A stretch of 64,000 bases of DNA from Auanema rhodensis (taxonomy: Eukaryota > Animalia > Nematoda). Location: positions 2,790,001 to 2,854,000 of the forward strand of contig OZ059894.1 in the NCBI GenBank assembly GCA_964057225.1, written 5' to 3'. Under the pieces are notes generated by a model, which was not told the DNA's origin, made no database searches, and worked only from the letters and a program-made list of their open reading frames with translations. Position numbers and translations under genes: made by a program. Positions 39,494 to 52,128 of this stretch are shown in pieces; within the stretch, counting starts at the first letter, position 1; each line of letters begins with the position of its first letter.

Positions 39494-42400
39494 AGCTGCG
39501 TCGATCTGTGTTATCAGATTTGCGCTAGCTTAAAAATGCACCGAGATATCAACTGATATAAGTTCACACTTATATCCTCGATTTTCACCCTGAAGAATTA
39601 ATTTTTTTGTTGAATAACATTGTCCATCGTCTTTGCCTTGAAAAAAGGAATCTAAAAACACCTACTTTTCGCTAAATTATTTTGAAATTTTTCGAAAAAA
39701 TTTTTGTCAAAATGTTTTTGGAAGCAATGTTGAGTGTACATGGAAACTCAACATACACTAATGCATCATTTTTCAAACGATCATAACTAATTTTTGTATT
39801 AAGCGTTTCTCAATGTAGTATAGTGCATTCGATGCGGATTTTCAAGCTGCGTCGATCTTTGTTATCAGATTTGCGCTAGCTTAAAAATGCACCGAGATAT
39901 CAACTGATATAAGTTCACACTTATATCCTCGATTTTCACCCCGAAGAATTAATTTTTTCGTTGAAAAACATTGTCCATCGTCTTTGCCTTGAAGAAAGGA
40001 ATCTAAAAACATCTACTTTTTGCAAAATTATTTCGAAATTTTTCGAAAAAATTTTTGTCAAAATGTTTTTGGAAGCAATGTTGAGTGTACATGGAAACTC
40101 AACATACACTAATGCATCATTTTTCAAACGATCATAACTAATTTTTGTATTGAGCGTTTTTCAATGTAGTAAAGTGCATTCGATGCGGATTTTTAAGCTG
40201 CGTCGATCTGTGTTATCAGATTTGCGCTAGCTTAAAAATGCACCGAGATATCAACTGATATAAGTTCACACTTATATCCTCGATTTTCACCCTGAAGAAT
40301 TAATTTTTTCGTTGAATAACATTGTCCATCGTCTTTGCCTTGAAAAAAGGAATCCAAAAACATCTACTTTTCGCTAAATTATTTCGAAATTTTTCGAAAA
40401 AATTTTTGTCAAAATGTTTTTGGAAGCAATGTTGAGTGTACATGGAAACTCAACATACACTAATGCATCATTTTCCAAACGATCATAACTAATTTTTGTA
40501 TTAAGCGTTTTTCAATGTAGTATAGTGCATTCGATGCGGATTTTCAAGTTGCGTCGATCTGTGTTATCAGATTTGCGCTAGCTTAAAAATGCACCGAGAT
40601 ATCAACTGATATAAGTTCACACTTATATCCTCGATTTTCACCCTGAAGAATTAATTTTTTTGTTGAATAACATTGTCCATCGTCTTTGCCTTGAAAAAAG
40701 GAATCTAAAAACACCTACTTTTCGCTAAATTATTTTGAAATTTTTCGAAAAAATTTTTGTCAAAATGTTTTTGGAAGCAATGTTGAGTGTACATGGAAAC
40801 TCAACATACACTAATGCATCATTTTTCAAACGATCATAACTAATTTTTGTATTAAGCGTTTCTCAATGTAGTATAGTGCATTCGATGCGGATTTTCAAGC
40901 TGCGTCGATCTTTGTTATCAGATTTGCGCTAGCTTAAAAATGCACCGAGATATCAACTGATATAAGTTCACACTTATATCCTCGATTTTCACCCCGAAGA
41001 ATTAATTTTTTCGTTGAAAAACATTGTCCATCGTCTTTGCCTTGAAGAAAGGAATCTAAAAACATCTACTTTTTGCAAAATTATTTCGAAATTTTTCGAA
41101 AAAATTTTTGTCAAAATGTTTTTGGAAGCAATGTTGAGTGTACATGGAAACTCAACATACACTAATGCATCATTTTTCAAACGATCATAACTAATTTTTG
41201 TATTGAGCGTTTTTCAATGTAGTAAAGTGCATTCGATGCGGATTTTTAAGCTGCGTCGATCTGTGTTATCAGATTTGCGCTAGCTTAAAAATGCACCGAG
41301 ATATCAACTGATATAAGTTCACACTTATATCCTCGATTTTCACCCTGAAGAATTAATTTTTTCGTTGAATAACATTGTCCATCGTCTTTGCCTTGAAAAA
41401 AAAAATCCAAAAACATCTACTTTTCGCTAAATTATTTCGAAATTTTTCGAAAAAATTTTTGTCAAAATGTTTTTGGAAGCAATGTTGAGTGTACATGGAA
41501 ACTCAACATACACTAATGCATCATTTTCCAAACGATCATAACTAATTTTTGTATTAAGCGTTTTTCAATGTAGTATAGTGCATTCGATGCGGATTTTCAA
41601 GTTGCGTCGATCTGTGTTATCAGATTTGCGCTAGCTTAAAAATGCACCGAGATATCAACTGATATAAGTTCACACTTATATCCTCGATTTTCACCCTGAA
41701 GAATTAATTTTTTCGTTGAATAACATTGTCCATCGTCTTTGCCTTGAAAAAAGGAATCCAAAAACATCTACTTTTCGCTAAATTATTTTGAAATTTTTCG
41801 AAAAAATTTTTGTCAAAATGTTTTTGGAAGCAATGTTGAGTGTACATGGAAACTCAACATACACTAATGCATCATTTTTCAAACGATCATAACTAATTTT
41901 TGTATTAAGCGTTTCTCAATGTAGTATAGTGCATTCGATGCGGATTTTCAAGCTGCGTCGATCTGTGTTATCAGATTTGCGCTAGCTTAAAAATGCACCG
42001 AGATATCAACTGATATAAGTTCACACTTATATCCTCGATTTTCACCCTGAAGAATTAATTTTTTTGTTGAATAACATTGTCCATCGTCTTTGCCTTGAAA
42101 AAAGGAATCTAAAAACATCTACTTTTCGCTAAATTATTTTGAAATTTTTCGAAAAAATTTTTGTCAAAATGTTTTTGGAAGCAATGTTGAGTGTACATGG
42201 AAACTCAACATACACTAATGCATCATTTTTCAAACGATCATAACTAATTTTTGTATTAAGCGTTTCTCAATGTAGTATAGTGCATTCGATGCGGATTTTT
42301 AAGCTGCGTCGATCTGTGTTATCAGATTTGCGCTAGCTTAAAAATGCACCGAGATATCAACTGATATAAGTTCACACTTATATCCTCGATTTTCACCCCG

Positions 42401-44407
42401 AAGAATTAATTTTTTCGTTGAAAAACATTGTCCATCGTCTTTGCCTTGAAGAAAGGAATCTAAAAACATCTACTTTTCGCTAAATTATTTTGAAATTTTT
42501 CGAAAAAATTTTTGTCAAAATGTTTTTGGAAGCAATGTTGAGTGTACATGGAAACTCAACATACACTAATGCATCATTTTTCAAACGATCATAACTAATT
42601 TTTGTATTAAGCGTTTTTCAATGTAGTATAGTGCATTCGATGCGGATTTTTAAGCTGCGTCGATCTTTGTTATCAGATTTGCGCTAGCTTAAAAATGCAC
42701 CGAGATATCAACTGATATAAGTTCACACTTATATCCTCGATTTTCACCCCGAAGAATTAATTTTTTCGTTGAAAAACATTGTCCATCGTCTTTGCCTTGA
42801 AGAAAGGAATCTAAAAACATCTACTTTTTGCAAAATTATTTCGAAATTTTTCGAAAAAATTTTTGTCAAAATGTTTTTGGAAGCAATGTTGAGTGTACAT
42901 GGAAACTCAACATACACTAATGCATCTTTTTTCAAACGATCATAACTAATTTTTGTATTGAGCGTTTTTCAATGTAGTAAAGTGCATTCGATGCGGATTT
43001 TTAAGCTGCGTCGATCTGTGTTATCAGATTTGCGCTAGCTTAAAAATGCACCGAGATATCAACTGATATAAGTTCACACTTATATCCTCGATTTTCACCC
43101 TGAAGAATTAATTTTTTCGTTGAATAACATTGTCCATCGTCTTTGCCTTGAAAAAAGGAATCCAAAAACATCTACTTTTCGCTAAATTATTTCGAAATTT
43201 TTCGAAAAAATTTTTGTCAAAATGTTTTTGGAAGCAATGTTGAGTGTACATGGAAACTCAACATACACTAATGCATCATTTTCCAAACGATCATAACTAA
43301 TTTTTGTATTAAGCGTTTTTCAATGTAGTATAGTGCATTCGATGCGGATTTTCAAGTTGCGTCGATCTGTGTTATCAGATTTGCGCTAGCTTAAAAATGC
43401 ACCGAGATATCAACTGATATAAGTTCACACTTATATCCTCGATTTTCACCCTGAAGAATTAATTTTTTTGTTGAATAACATTGTCCATCGTCTTTGCCTT
43501 GAAAAAAGGAATCTAAAAACACCTACTTTTCGCTAAATTATTTTGAAATTTTTCGAAAAAATTTTTGTCAAAATGTTTTTGGAAGCAATGTTGAGTGTAC
43601 ATGGAAACTCAACATACACTAATGCATCATTTTTCAAACGATCATAACTAATTTTTGTATTAAGCGTTTCTCAATGTAGTATAGTGCATTCGATGCGGAT
43701 TTTCAAGCTGCGTCGATCTTTGTTATCAGATTTGCGCTAGCTTAAAAATGCACCGAGATATCAACTGATATAAGTTCACACTTATATCCTCGATTTTCAC
43801 CCCGAAGAATTAATTTTTTCGTTGAAAAACATTGTCCATCGTCTTTGCCTTGAAGAAAGGAATCTAAAAACATCTACTTTTTGCAAAATTATTTCGAAAT
43901 TTTTCGAAAAAATTTTTGTCAAAATGTTTTTGGAAGCAATGTTGAGTGTACATGGAAACTCAACATACACTAATGCATCATTTTTCAAACGATCATAACT
44001 AATTTTTGTATTGAGCGTTTTTCAATGTAGTAAAGTGCATTCGATGCGGATTTTTAAGCTGCGTCGATCTGTGTTATCAGATTTGCGCTAGCTTAAAAAT
44101 GCACCGAGATATCAACTGATATAAGTTCACACTTATATCCTCGATTTTCACCCTGAAGAATTAATTTTTTCGTTGAATAACATTGTCCATCGTCTTTGCC
44201 TTGAAAAAAAAAATCCAAAAACATCTACTTTTCGCTAAATTATTTTGAAATTTTTCGAAAAAATTTTTGTCAAAATGTTTTTGGAAGCAATGTTGAGTGT
44301 ACATGGAAACTCAACATACACTAATGCATCATTTTTCAAACGATCATAACTAATTTTTGTATTAAGCGTTTTTCAATGTAGTATAGTGCATTCGATGCGG
44401 ATTTTCA
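39494..44407 (-). repeat. 3-mer duplication nested in a block repeated at an 8-monomer offset (2808 bp)
   Basis: The TGCAAAATTA variant occurs in four monomers with spacings 1053, 1755 and 1053, matching the ORF track copies at 39936, 40989, 42744 and 43797. The A-run-TCC variant occurs at about 41401 and 44209. Confidence 0.85.
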
Positions 44408-47214
44408 AGCTGCGTCGATCTTTGTTATCAGATTTGCGCTAGCTTAAAAATGCACCGAGATATCAACTGATATAAGTTCACACTTATATCCTCGATTTTC
44501 ACCCTGAAGAATTAATTTTTTCGTTGAATAACATTGTCCATCGTCTTTGCCTTGAAGAAAGGAATCTAAAAACATCTACTTTTCGCTAAATTATTTTGAA
44601 ATTTTTCGAAAAAATTTTTGTCAAAATGTTTTTGGAAGCAATGTTGAGTGTACATGGAAACTCAACATACACTAATGCATCATTTTTCAAACGATCATAA
44701 CTAATTTTTGTATTGAGCGTTTTTCAATGTAGTATAGTGCATTCGATGCGGATTTTTAAGCTGCGTCGATCTGTGTTATCAGATTTGCGCTAGCTTAAAA
44801 ATGCACCGAGATATCAACTGATATAAGTTCACACTTATATCCTCGATTTTCACCCTGAAGAATTAATTTTTTCGTTGAATAACATTGTCCATCGTCTTTG
44901 CCTTGAAAAAAAAAATCCAAAAACATCTACTTTTCGCTAAATTATTTCGAAATTTTTCGAAAAAATTTTTGTCAAAATGTTTTTGGAAGCAATGTTGAGT
45001 GTACATGGAAACTCAACATACACTAATGCATCATTTTCCAAACGATCATAACTAATTTTTGTATTAAGCGTTTTTCAATGTAGTATAGTGCATTCGATGC
45101 GGATTTTCAAGTTGCGTCGATCTGTGTTATCAGATTTGCGCTAGCTTAAAAATGCACCGAGATATCAACTGATATAAGTTCACACTTATATCCTCGATTT
45201 TCACCCTGAAGAATTAATTTTTTCGTTGAATAACATTGTCCATCGTCTTTGCCTTGAAAAAAGGAATCCAAAAACATCTACTTTTCGCTAAATTATTTTG
45301 AAATTTTTCGAAAAAATTTTTGTCAAAATGTTTTTGGAAGCAATGTTGAGTGTACATGGAAACTCAACATACACTAATGCATCATTTTTCAAACGATCAT
45401 AACTAATTTTTGTATTAAGCGTTTTTCAATGTAGTATAGTGCATTCGATGCGGATTTTTAAGCTGCGTCGATCTGTGTTATCAGATTTGCGCTAGCTTAA
45501 AAATGCACCGAGATATCAACTGATATAAGTTCACACTTATATCCTCGATTTTCACCCTGAAGAATTAATTTTTTCGTTGAATAACATTGTCCATCGTCTT
45601 TGCCTTGAAAAAAAAAATCCAAAAACATCTACTTTTCGCTAAATTATTTCGAAATTTTTCGAAAAAATTTTTGTCAAAATGTTTTTGAAAGCAATGTTGA
45701 GTGTACATGGAAACTCAACATACACTAATGCATCATTTTTCAAACGATCATAACTAATTTTTGTATTAAGCGTTTTTCAATGTAGTATAGTGCATTCGAT
45801 GCGGATTTTTAAGCTGCGTCGAGCTGTGTTATCAGATTTGCGCTAGCTTAAAAATGCACCGAGATATCAACTGATATAAGTTCACACTTATATCCTCGAT
45901 GTTCACCCTGAAGAATTAGTTTTTTCGTTGAATAACATTGTCCATCGTCTTTGTCATAAAAAAAGGAATCTAAAAACATCTACTTTTCGCTAAATTATTT
46001 TGAAATTTTTCGAAAAAATTTTTGTCAAAATGTTTTTGGAAGCAATGTTGAGTGTACATGGAAACTCAACATACACTAATGCATCATTTTTCAAACGATC
46101 ATAACTAATTTTTGTATTAAGCGTTTCTCAATGTAGTATAGTGCATTCGATGCGGATTTTCAAGCTGCGTCGATCTGTGTTATCAGATTTGCGCTAGCTT
46201 AAAAATGCACCGAGATATCAACTGATATAAGTTCACACTTATATCCTCGATTTTCACCCTGAAGAATTAATTTTTTCGTTGAATAACATTGTCCATCGTC
46301 TTTGCCTTGAAAAAAGGAATCCAAAAACATCTACTTTTCGCTAAATTATTTTGAAATTTTTCGAAAAAATTTTTGTCAAAATGTTTTTGGAAGCAATGTT
46401 GAGTGTACATGGAAACTCAACATACACTAATGCATCATTTTTCAAACGATCATAACTAATTTTTGTATTAAGCGTTTTTCAATGTAGTATAGTGCATTCG
46501 ATGCGGATTTTCAAGCTGCGTCGATCTGTGTTATCAGATTTGCGCTAGCTTAAAAATGCACCGAGATATCAACTGATATAAGTTCACACTTATATCCTCG
46601 ATTTTCACCCTGAAGAATTAATTTTTTTGTTGAATAACATTGTCCATCGTCTTTGCCTTGAAAAAAGGAATCTAAAAACATCTACTTTTTGCTAAATTAT
46701 TTCGAAATTTTTCGAAAAAATTTTTGTCAAAATGTTTTTGGAAGCAATGTTGAGTGTACATGGAAACTCAACATACACTAATGCATCATTTTTCAAACGA
46801 TCATAACTAATTTTTGTATTGAGCGTTTTTCAATGAGTAAAGTGCATTCGATGCGAATTTTCAACCTGCGTCGATCTGTGTTATCAGATTTGCGCTAGCT
46901 TAAAAATGCACCGAGATATCAACTGATATAAGTTCACACTTATATCCTCGATTTTCACCCTGAAGAATTGATTTTTTTGTTGAATAACATTGTCCATCGT
47001 CTTTGCCTTGAAAAAAGGAATCTAAAAACATCTACTTTTCGCTAAATTATTTTGAAATTTTTCGAAAAAATTTTTGTCAAAATGTTTTTGGAAGCAATGT
47101 TGAGTGTACATGGAAACTCAACATACACTAATGCATTATTTTTCAAACGATCATAACTAATTTTTGTATTAAGCGTTTTTCAATGTAGTATAGTGCATTC
47201 GATGCGGATTTTCA

Positions 47215-50200
47215 AGCTGCGTCGATCTGTGTTATCAGATTTGCGCTAGCTTAAAAATGCACCGAGATATCAACTGATATAAGTTCACACTTATATCCTC
47301 GATTTTCACCCCGAAGAATTAATTTTTTCGTTGAAAAACATTGTCCATCGTCTTTGCCTTGAAGAAAGGAATCTAAAAACATCTACTTTTTGCTAAATTA
47401 TTTCGAAATTTTTCGAAAAAATTTTTGTCAAAATGTTTTTGGAAGCAATGTTGAGTGTACATGGAAACTCAACATACACTAATGCATCATTTTTCAAACG
47501 ATCATAACTAATTTTTGTATTGAGCGTTTTTCAATGTAGTAAAGTGCATTCGATGCGGATTTTCAACCTGCGTCGATCTGTGTTATCAGATTTGCGCTAG
47601 CTTAAAAATGCACCGAGATATCAACTGATATAAGTTCACACTTATATCCTCGATTTTCACCCTGAAGAATTAATTTTTTTGTTGAATAACATTGTCCATC
47701 GTCTTTGCCTTGAAAGAAGGAATCTAAAAACATCTACTTTTTGCTAAATTATTTCGAAATTTTTCGAAAAAATTTTTGTCAAAATGTTTTTGGAAGCAAT
47801 GTTGAGTGTACATGGAAACTCAACATACACTAATGCATCATTTTTCAAACGATCATAACTAATTTTTGTATTAAGCGTTCTTCCATGTAGTATAGTGCAT
47901 TCGATGCGGATTTTCAACCTGCGTTGATCTGTGTTATCAGATTTGCGCTAGCTTAAAAATGCACCGAGATATCAACTGATATAAGTTCACACTTATATCC
48001 TCGATTTTCACCCTGAAGAATTAATTTTTTTGTTGAATAACATTGTCCATCGTCTTTGCCTTGAAAGAAGGAATCTAAAAACATCTACTTTTTGCTAAAT
48101 TATTTCGAAATTTTTCGAAAAAATTTTTGTCAAAATGTTTTTGGAAGCAATGTTGAGTGTACATGGAAACTCAACATACACTAATGCATCATTTTTCAAA
48201 CGATCATAACTAATTTTTGTATTGAGCGTTTTTCAATGTAGTAAAGTGCATTCGATGCGGATTTTCAACCTGCGTCGATCTGTGTTATCAGATTTGCGCT
48301 AGCTTAAAAATGCACCGAGATATCAACTGATATAAGTTCACACTTATATCCTCGATTTTCACCCTGAAGAATTAATTTTTTTGTTGAATCACATTGTCCA
48401 TCGTCTTTGCCTTGAAAAAAGGAATCTAAAAACATCTACTTTTTGCTAAATTATCTTGAAATTTTTCGAAAAAATTTTTGTCAAAATGTTTTTGGAAGCA
48501 ATGTTGAGTGTACATGGAAACTCAACATACACTAATGCATTATTTTTCAAACGATCATAACTAATTTTTGTATTGAGCGTTTTTCAATGTAGTATAGTGC
48601 ATTCGATGCGGATTTTCAAGCTGCGTCGATCTGTGTTATCAGATTTGCGCTAGCTTAAAAATGCACCGAGATATCAACTGATATAAGTTCACACTTATAT
48701 CCTCGATTTTCACCCTGAAGAATTAATTTTTTCGTTGAATAACATTGTCCATCGTCTTTGCCTTGAAAAAAGGAATCTAAAAACATCTACTTTTCGCTAA
48801 ATTATTTTGAAATTTTTCGAAAAAAATTTTGTCAAAATGTTTTTGGAAGCAATGTTGAGTGTACATGGAAACTCAACATACACTAATGCATCATTTTTCA
48901 AACGATCATAACTAATTTTTGTATTAAGCGTTTTTCAATGTAGTATAGTGCATTCGATGCGGATTTTTAAGCTGCGTCGAGCTGTGTTATCAGATTTGCG
49001 CTAGCTTAAAAATGCACCGAGATATCAACTGATATAAGTTCACACTTATATCCTCGATTTTCACCCCGAAGAATTAATTTTTTCGTTGAAAAACATTGTC
49101 CATCGTCTTTGCCTTGAAGAAAGGAATCTAAAAACATCTACTTTTTGCTAAATTATTTCGAAATTTTTCGAAAAAATTTTTGTCAAAATGTTTTTGGAAG
49201 CAATGTTGAGTGTACATGGAAACTCAACATACACTAATGCATCATTTTTCAAACGATCATAACTAATTTTTGTATTGAGCGTTTTTCAATGTAGTAAAGT
49301 GCATTCGATGCGGATTTTCAACCTGCGTCGATCTGTGTTATCAGATTTGCGCTAGCTTAAAAATGCACCGAGATATCAACTGATATAAGTTCACACTTAT
49401 ATCCTCGATTTTCACCCTGAAGAATTAATTTTTTTGTTGAATAACATTGTCCATCGTCTTTGCCTTGAAAGAAGGAATCTAAAAACATCTACTTTTTGCT
49501 AAATTATTTCGAAATTTTTCGAAAAAATTTTTGTCAAAATGTTTTTGGAAGCAATGTTGAGTGTACATGGAAACTCAACATACACTAATGCATCATTTTT
49601 CAAACGATCATAACTAATTTTTGTATTAAGCGTTTTTCAATGTAGTATAGTGCATTCGATGCGGATTTTCAAGCTGCGTCGATCTGTGTTATCAGATTTG
49701 CGCTAGCTTAAAAATGCACCGAGATATCAACTGATATAAGTTCACACTTATATCCTCGATTTTCACCCCGAAGAATTAATTTTTTCGTTGAAAAACATTG
49801 TCCATCGTCTTTGCCTTGAAGAAAGGAATCTAAAAACATCTACTTTTTGCTAAATTATTTCGAAATTTTTCGAAAAAATTTTTGTCAAAATGTTTTTGGA
49901 AGCAATGTTGAGTGTACATGGAAACTCAACATACACTAATGCATCATTTTTCAAACGATCATAACTAATTTTTGTATTGAGCGTTTTTCAATGTAGTAAA
50001 GTGCATTCGATGCGGATTTTCAACCTGCGTCGATCTGTGTTATCAGATTTGCGCTAGCTTAAAAATGCACCGAGATATCAACTGATATAAGTTCACACTT
50101 ATATCCTCGATTTTCACCCTGAAGAATTAATTTTTTTGTTGAATAACATTGTCCATCGTCTTTGCCTTGAAAGAAGGAATCTAAAAACATCTACTTTTTG

Positions 50201-52128
50201 CTAAATTATTTCGAAATTTTTCGAAAAAATTTTTGTCAAAATGTTTTTGGAAGCAATGTTGAGTGTACATGGAAACTCAACATACACTAATGCATCATTT
50301 TTCAAACGATCATAACTAATTTTTGTATTAAGCGTTCTTCCATGTAGTATAGTGCATTCGATGCGGATTTTCAACCTGCGTCGATCTGTGTTATCAGATT
50401 TGCGCTAGCTTAAAAATGCACCGAGATATCAACTGATATAAGTTCACACTTATATCCTCGATTTTCACCCTGAAGAATTAATTTTTTTGTTGAATAACAT
50501 TGTCCATCGTCTTTGCCTTGAAAGAAGGAATCTAAAAACATCTACTTTTTGCTAAATTATTTCGAAATTTTTCGAAAAAATTTTTGTCAAAATGTTTTTG
50601 GAAGCAATGTTGAGTGTACATGGAAACTCAACATACACTAATGCATCATTTTTCAAACGATCATAACTAATTTTTGTATTGAGCGTTTTTCAATGTAGTA
50701 AAGTGCATTCGATGCGGATTTTCAACCTGCGTCGATCTGTGTTATCAGATTTGCGCTAGCTTAAAAATGCACCGAGATATCAACTGATATAAGTTCACAC
50801 TTATATCCTCGATTTTCACCCTGAAGAATTAATTTTTTTGTTGAATAACATTGTCCATCGTCTTTGCCTTGAAAAAAGGAATCTAAAAACATCTACTTTT
50901 TGCTAAATTATCTTGAAATTTTTCGAAAAAATTTTTGTCAAAATGTTTTTGGAAGCAATGTTGAGTGTACATGGAAACTCAACATACACTAATGCATTAT
51001 TTTTCAAACGATCATAACTAATTTTTGTATTGAGCGTTTTTCAATGTAGTATAGTGCATTCGATGCGGATTTTCAAGCTGCGTCGATCTGTGTTATCAGA
51101 TTTGCGCTAGCTTAAAAATGCACCGAGATATCAACTGATATAAGTTCACACTTATATCCTCGATTTTCACCCTGAAGAATTAATTTTTTCGTTGAATAAC
51201 ATTGTCCATCGTCTTTGCCTTGAAAAAAGGAATCTAAAAACATCTACTTTTCGCTAAATTATTTTGAAATTTTTCGAAAAAAATTTTGTCAAAATGTTTT
51301 TGGAAGCAATGTTGAGTGTACATGGAAACTCAACATACACTAATGCATCATTTTTCAAACGATCATAACTAATTTTTGTATTAAGCGTTTTTCAATGTAG
51401 TATAGTGCATTCGATGCGGATTTTTAAGCTGCGTCGAGCTGTGTTATCAGATTTGCGCTAGCTTAAAAATGCACCGAGATATCAACTGATATAAGTTCAC
51501 ACATATATCCTCGATTTTCACCCCGAAGAATTAATTTTTTCGTTGAAAAACATTGTCCATCGTCTTTGCCTTGAAGAAAGGAATCTAAAAACATCTACTT
51601 TTTGCTAAATTATTTCGAAATTTTTCGAAAAAATTTTTGTCAAAATGTTTTTGGAAGCAATGTTGAGTGTACATGGAAACTCAACATACACTAATGCATC
51701 ATTTTTCAAACGATCATAACTAATTTTTGTATTGAGCGTTTTTCAATGTAGTAAAGTGCATTCGATGCGGATTTTCAACCTGCGTCGATCTGTGTTATCA
51801 GATTTGCGCTAGCTTAAAAATGCACCGAGATATCAACTGATATAAGTTCACACTTATATCCTCGATTTTCACCCTGAAGAATTAATTTTTTTGTTGAATA
51901 ACATTGTCCATCGTCTTTGCCTTGAAAAAAGGAATCTAAAAACATCTACTTTTCGCTAAATTATCTTGAAATTTTTCGAAAAAATTTTTGTCAAAATGTT
52001 TTTGGAAGCAATGTTGAGTGTACATGGAAACTCAACATACACTAATGCATCATTTTTCAAACGATCATAACTAATTTTTGTATTGAGCGTTTTTCAATGT
52101 AGTAAAGTGCATTCGATGCGGATTTTCA
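47215..52128 (-). repeat. 7-monomer block duplication (2457 bp)
   Basis: Private GTTCTTCCAT at about 47877 and 50334; CGAAAAAAATTTTG at about 48820 and 51277. Confidence 0.8.

Noticed and set aside
39936-43988. Four near-identical 63-aa ORFs
   Set aside because: A TAG-removing variant carried by duplicated monomers creates them. They are useful as HOR markers but show no evidence of coding.
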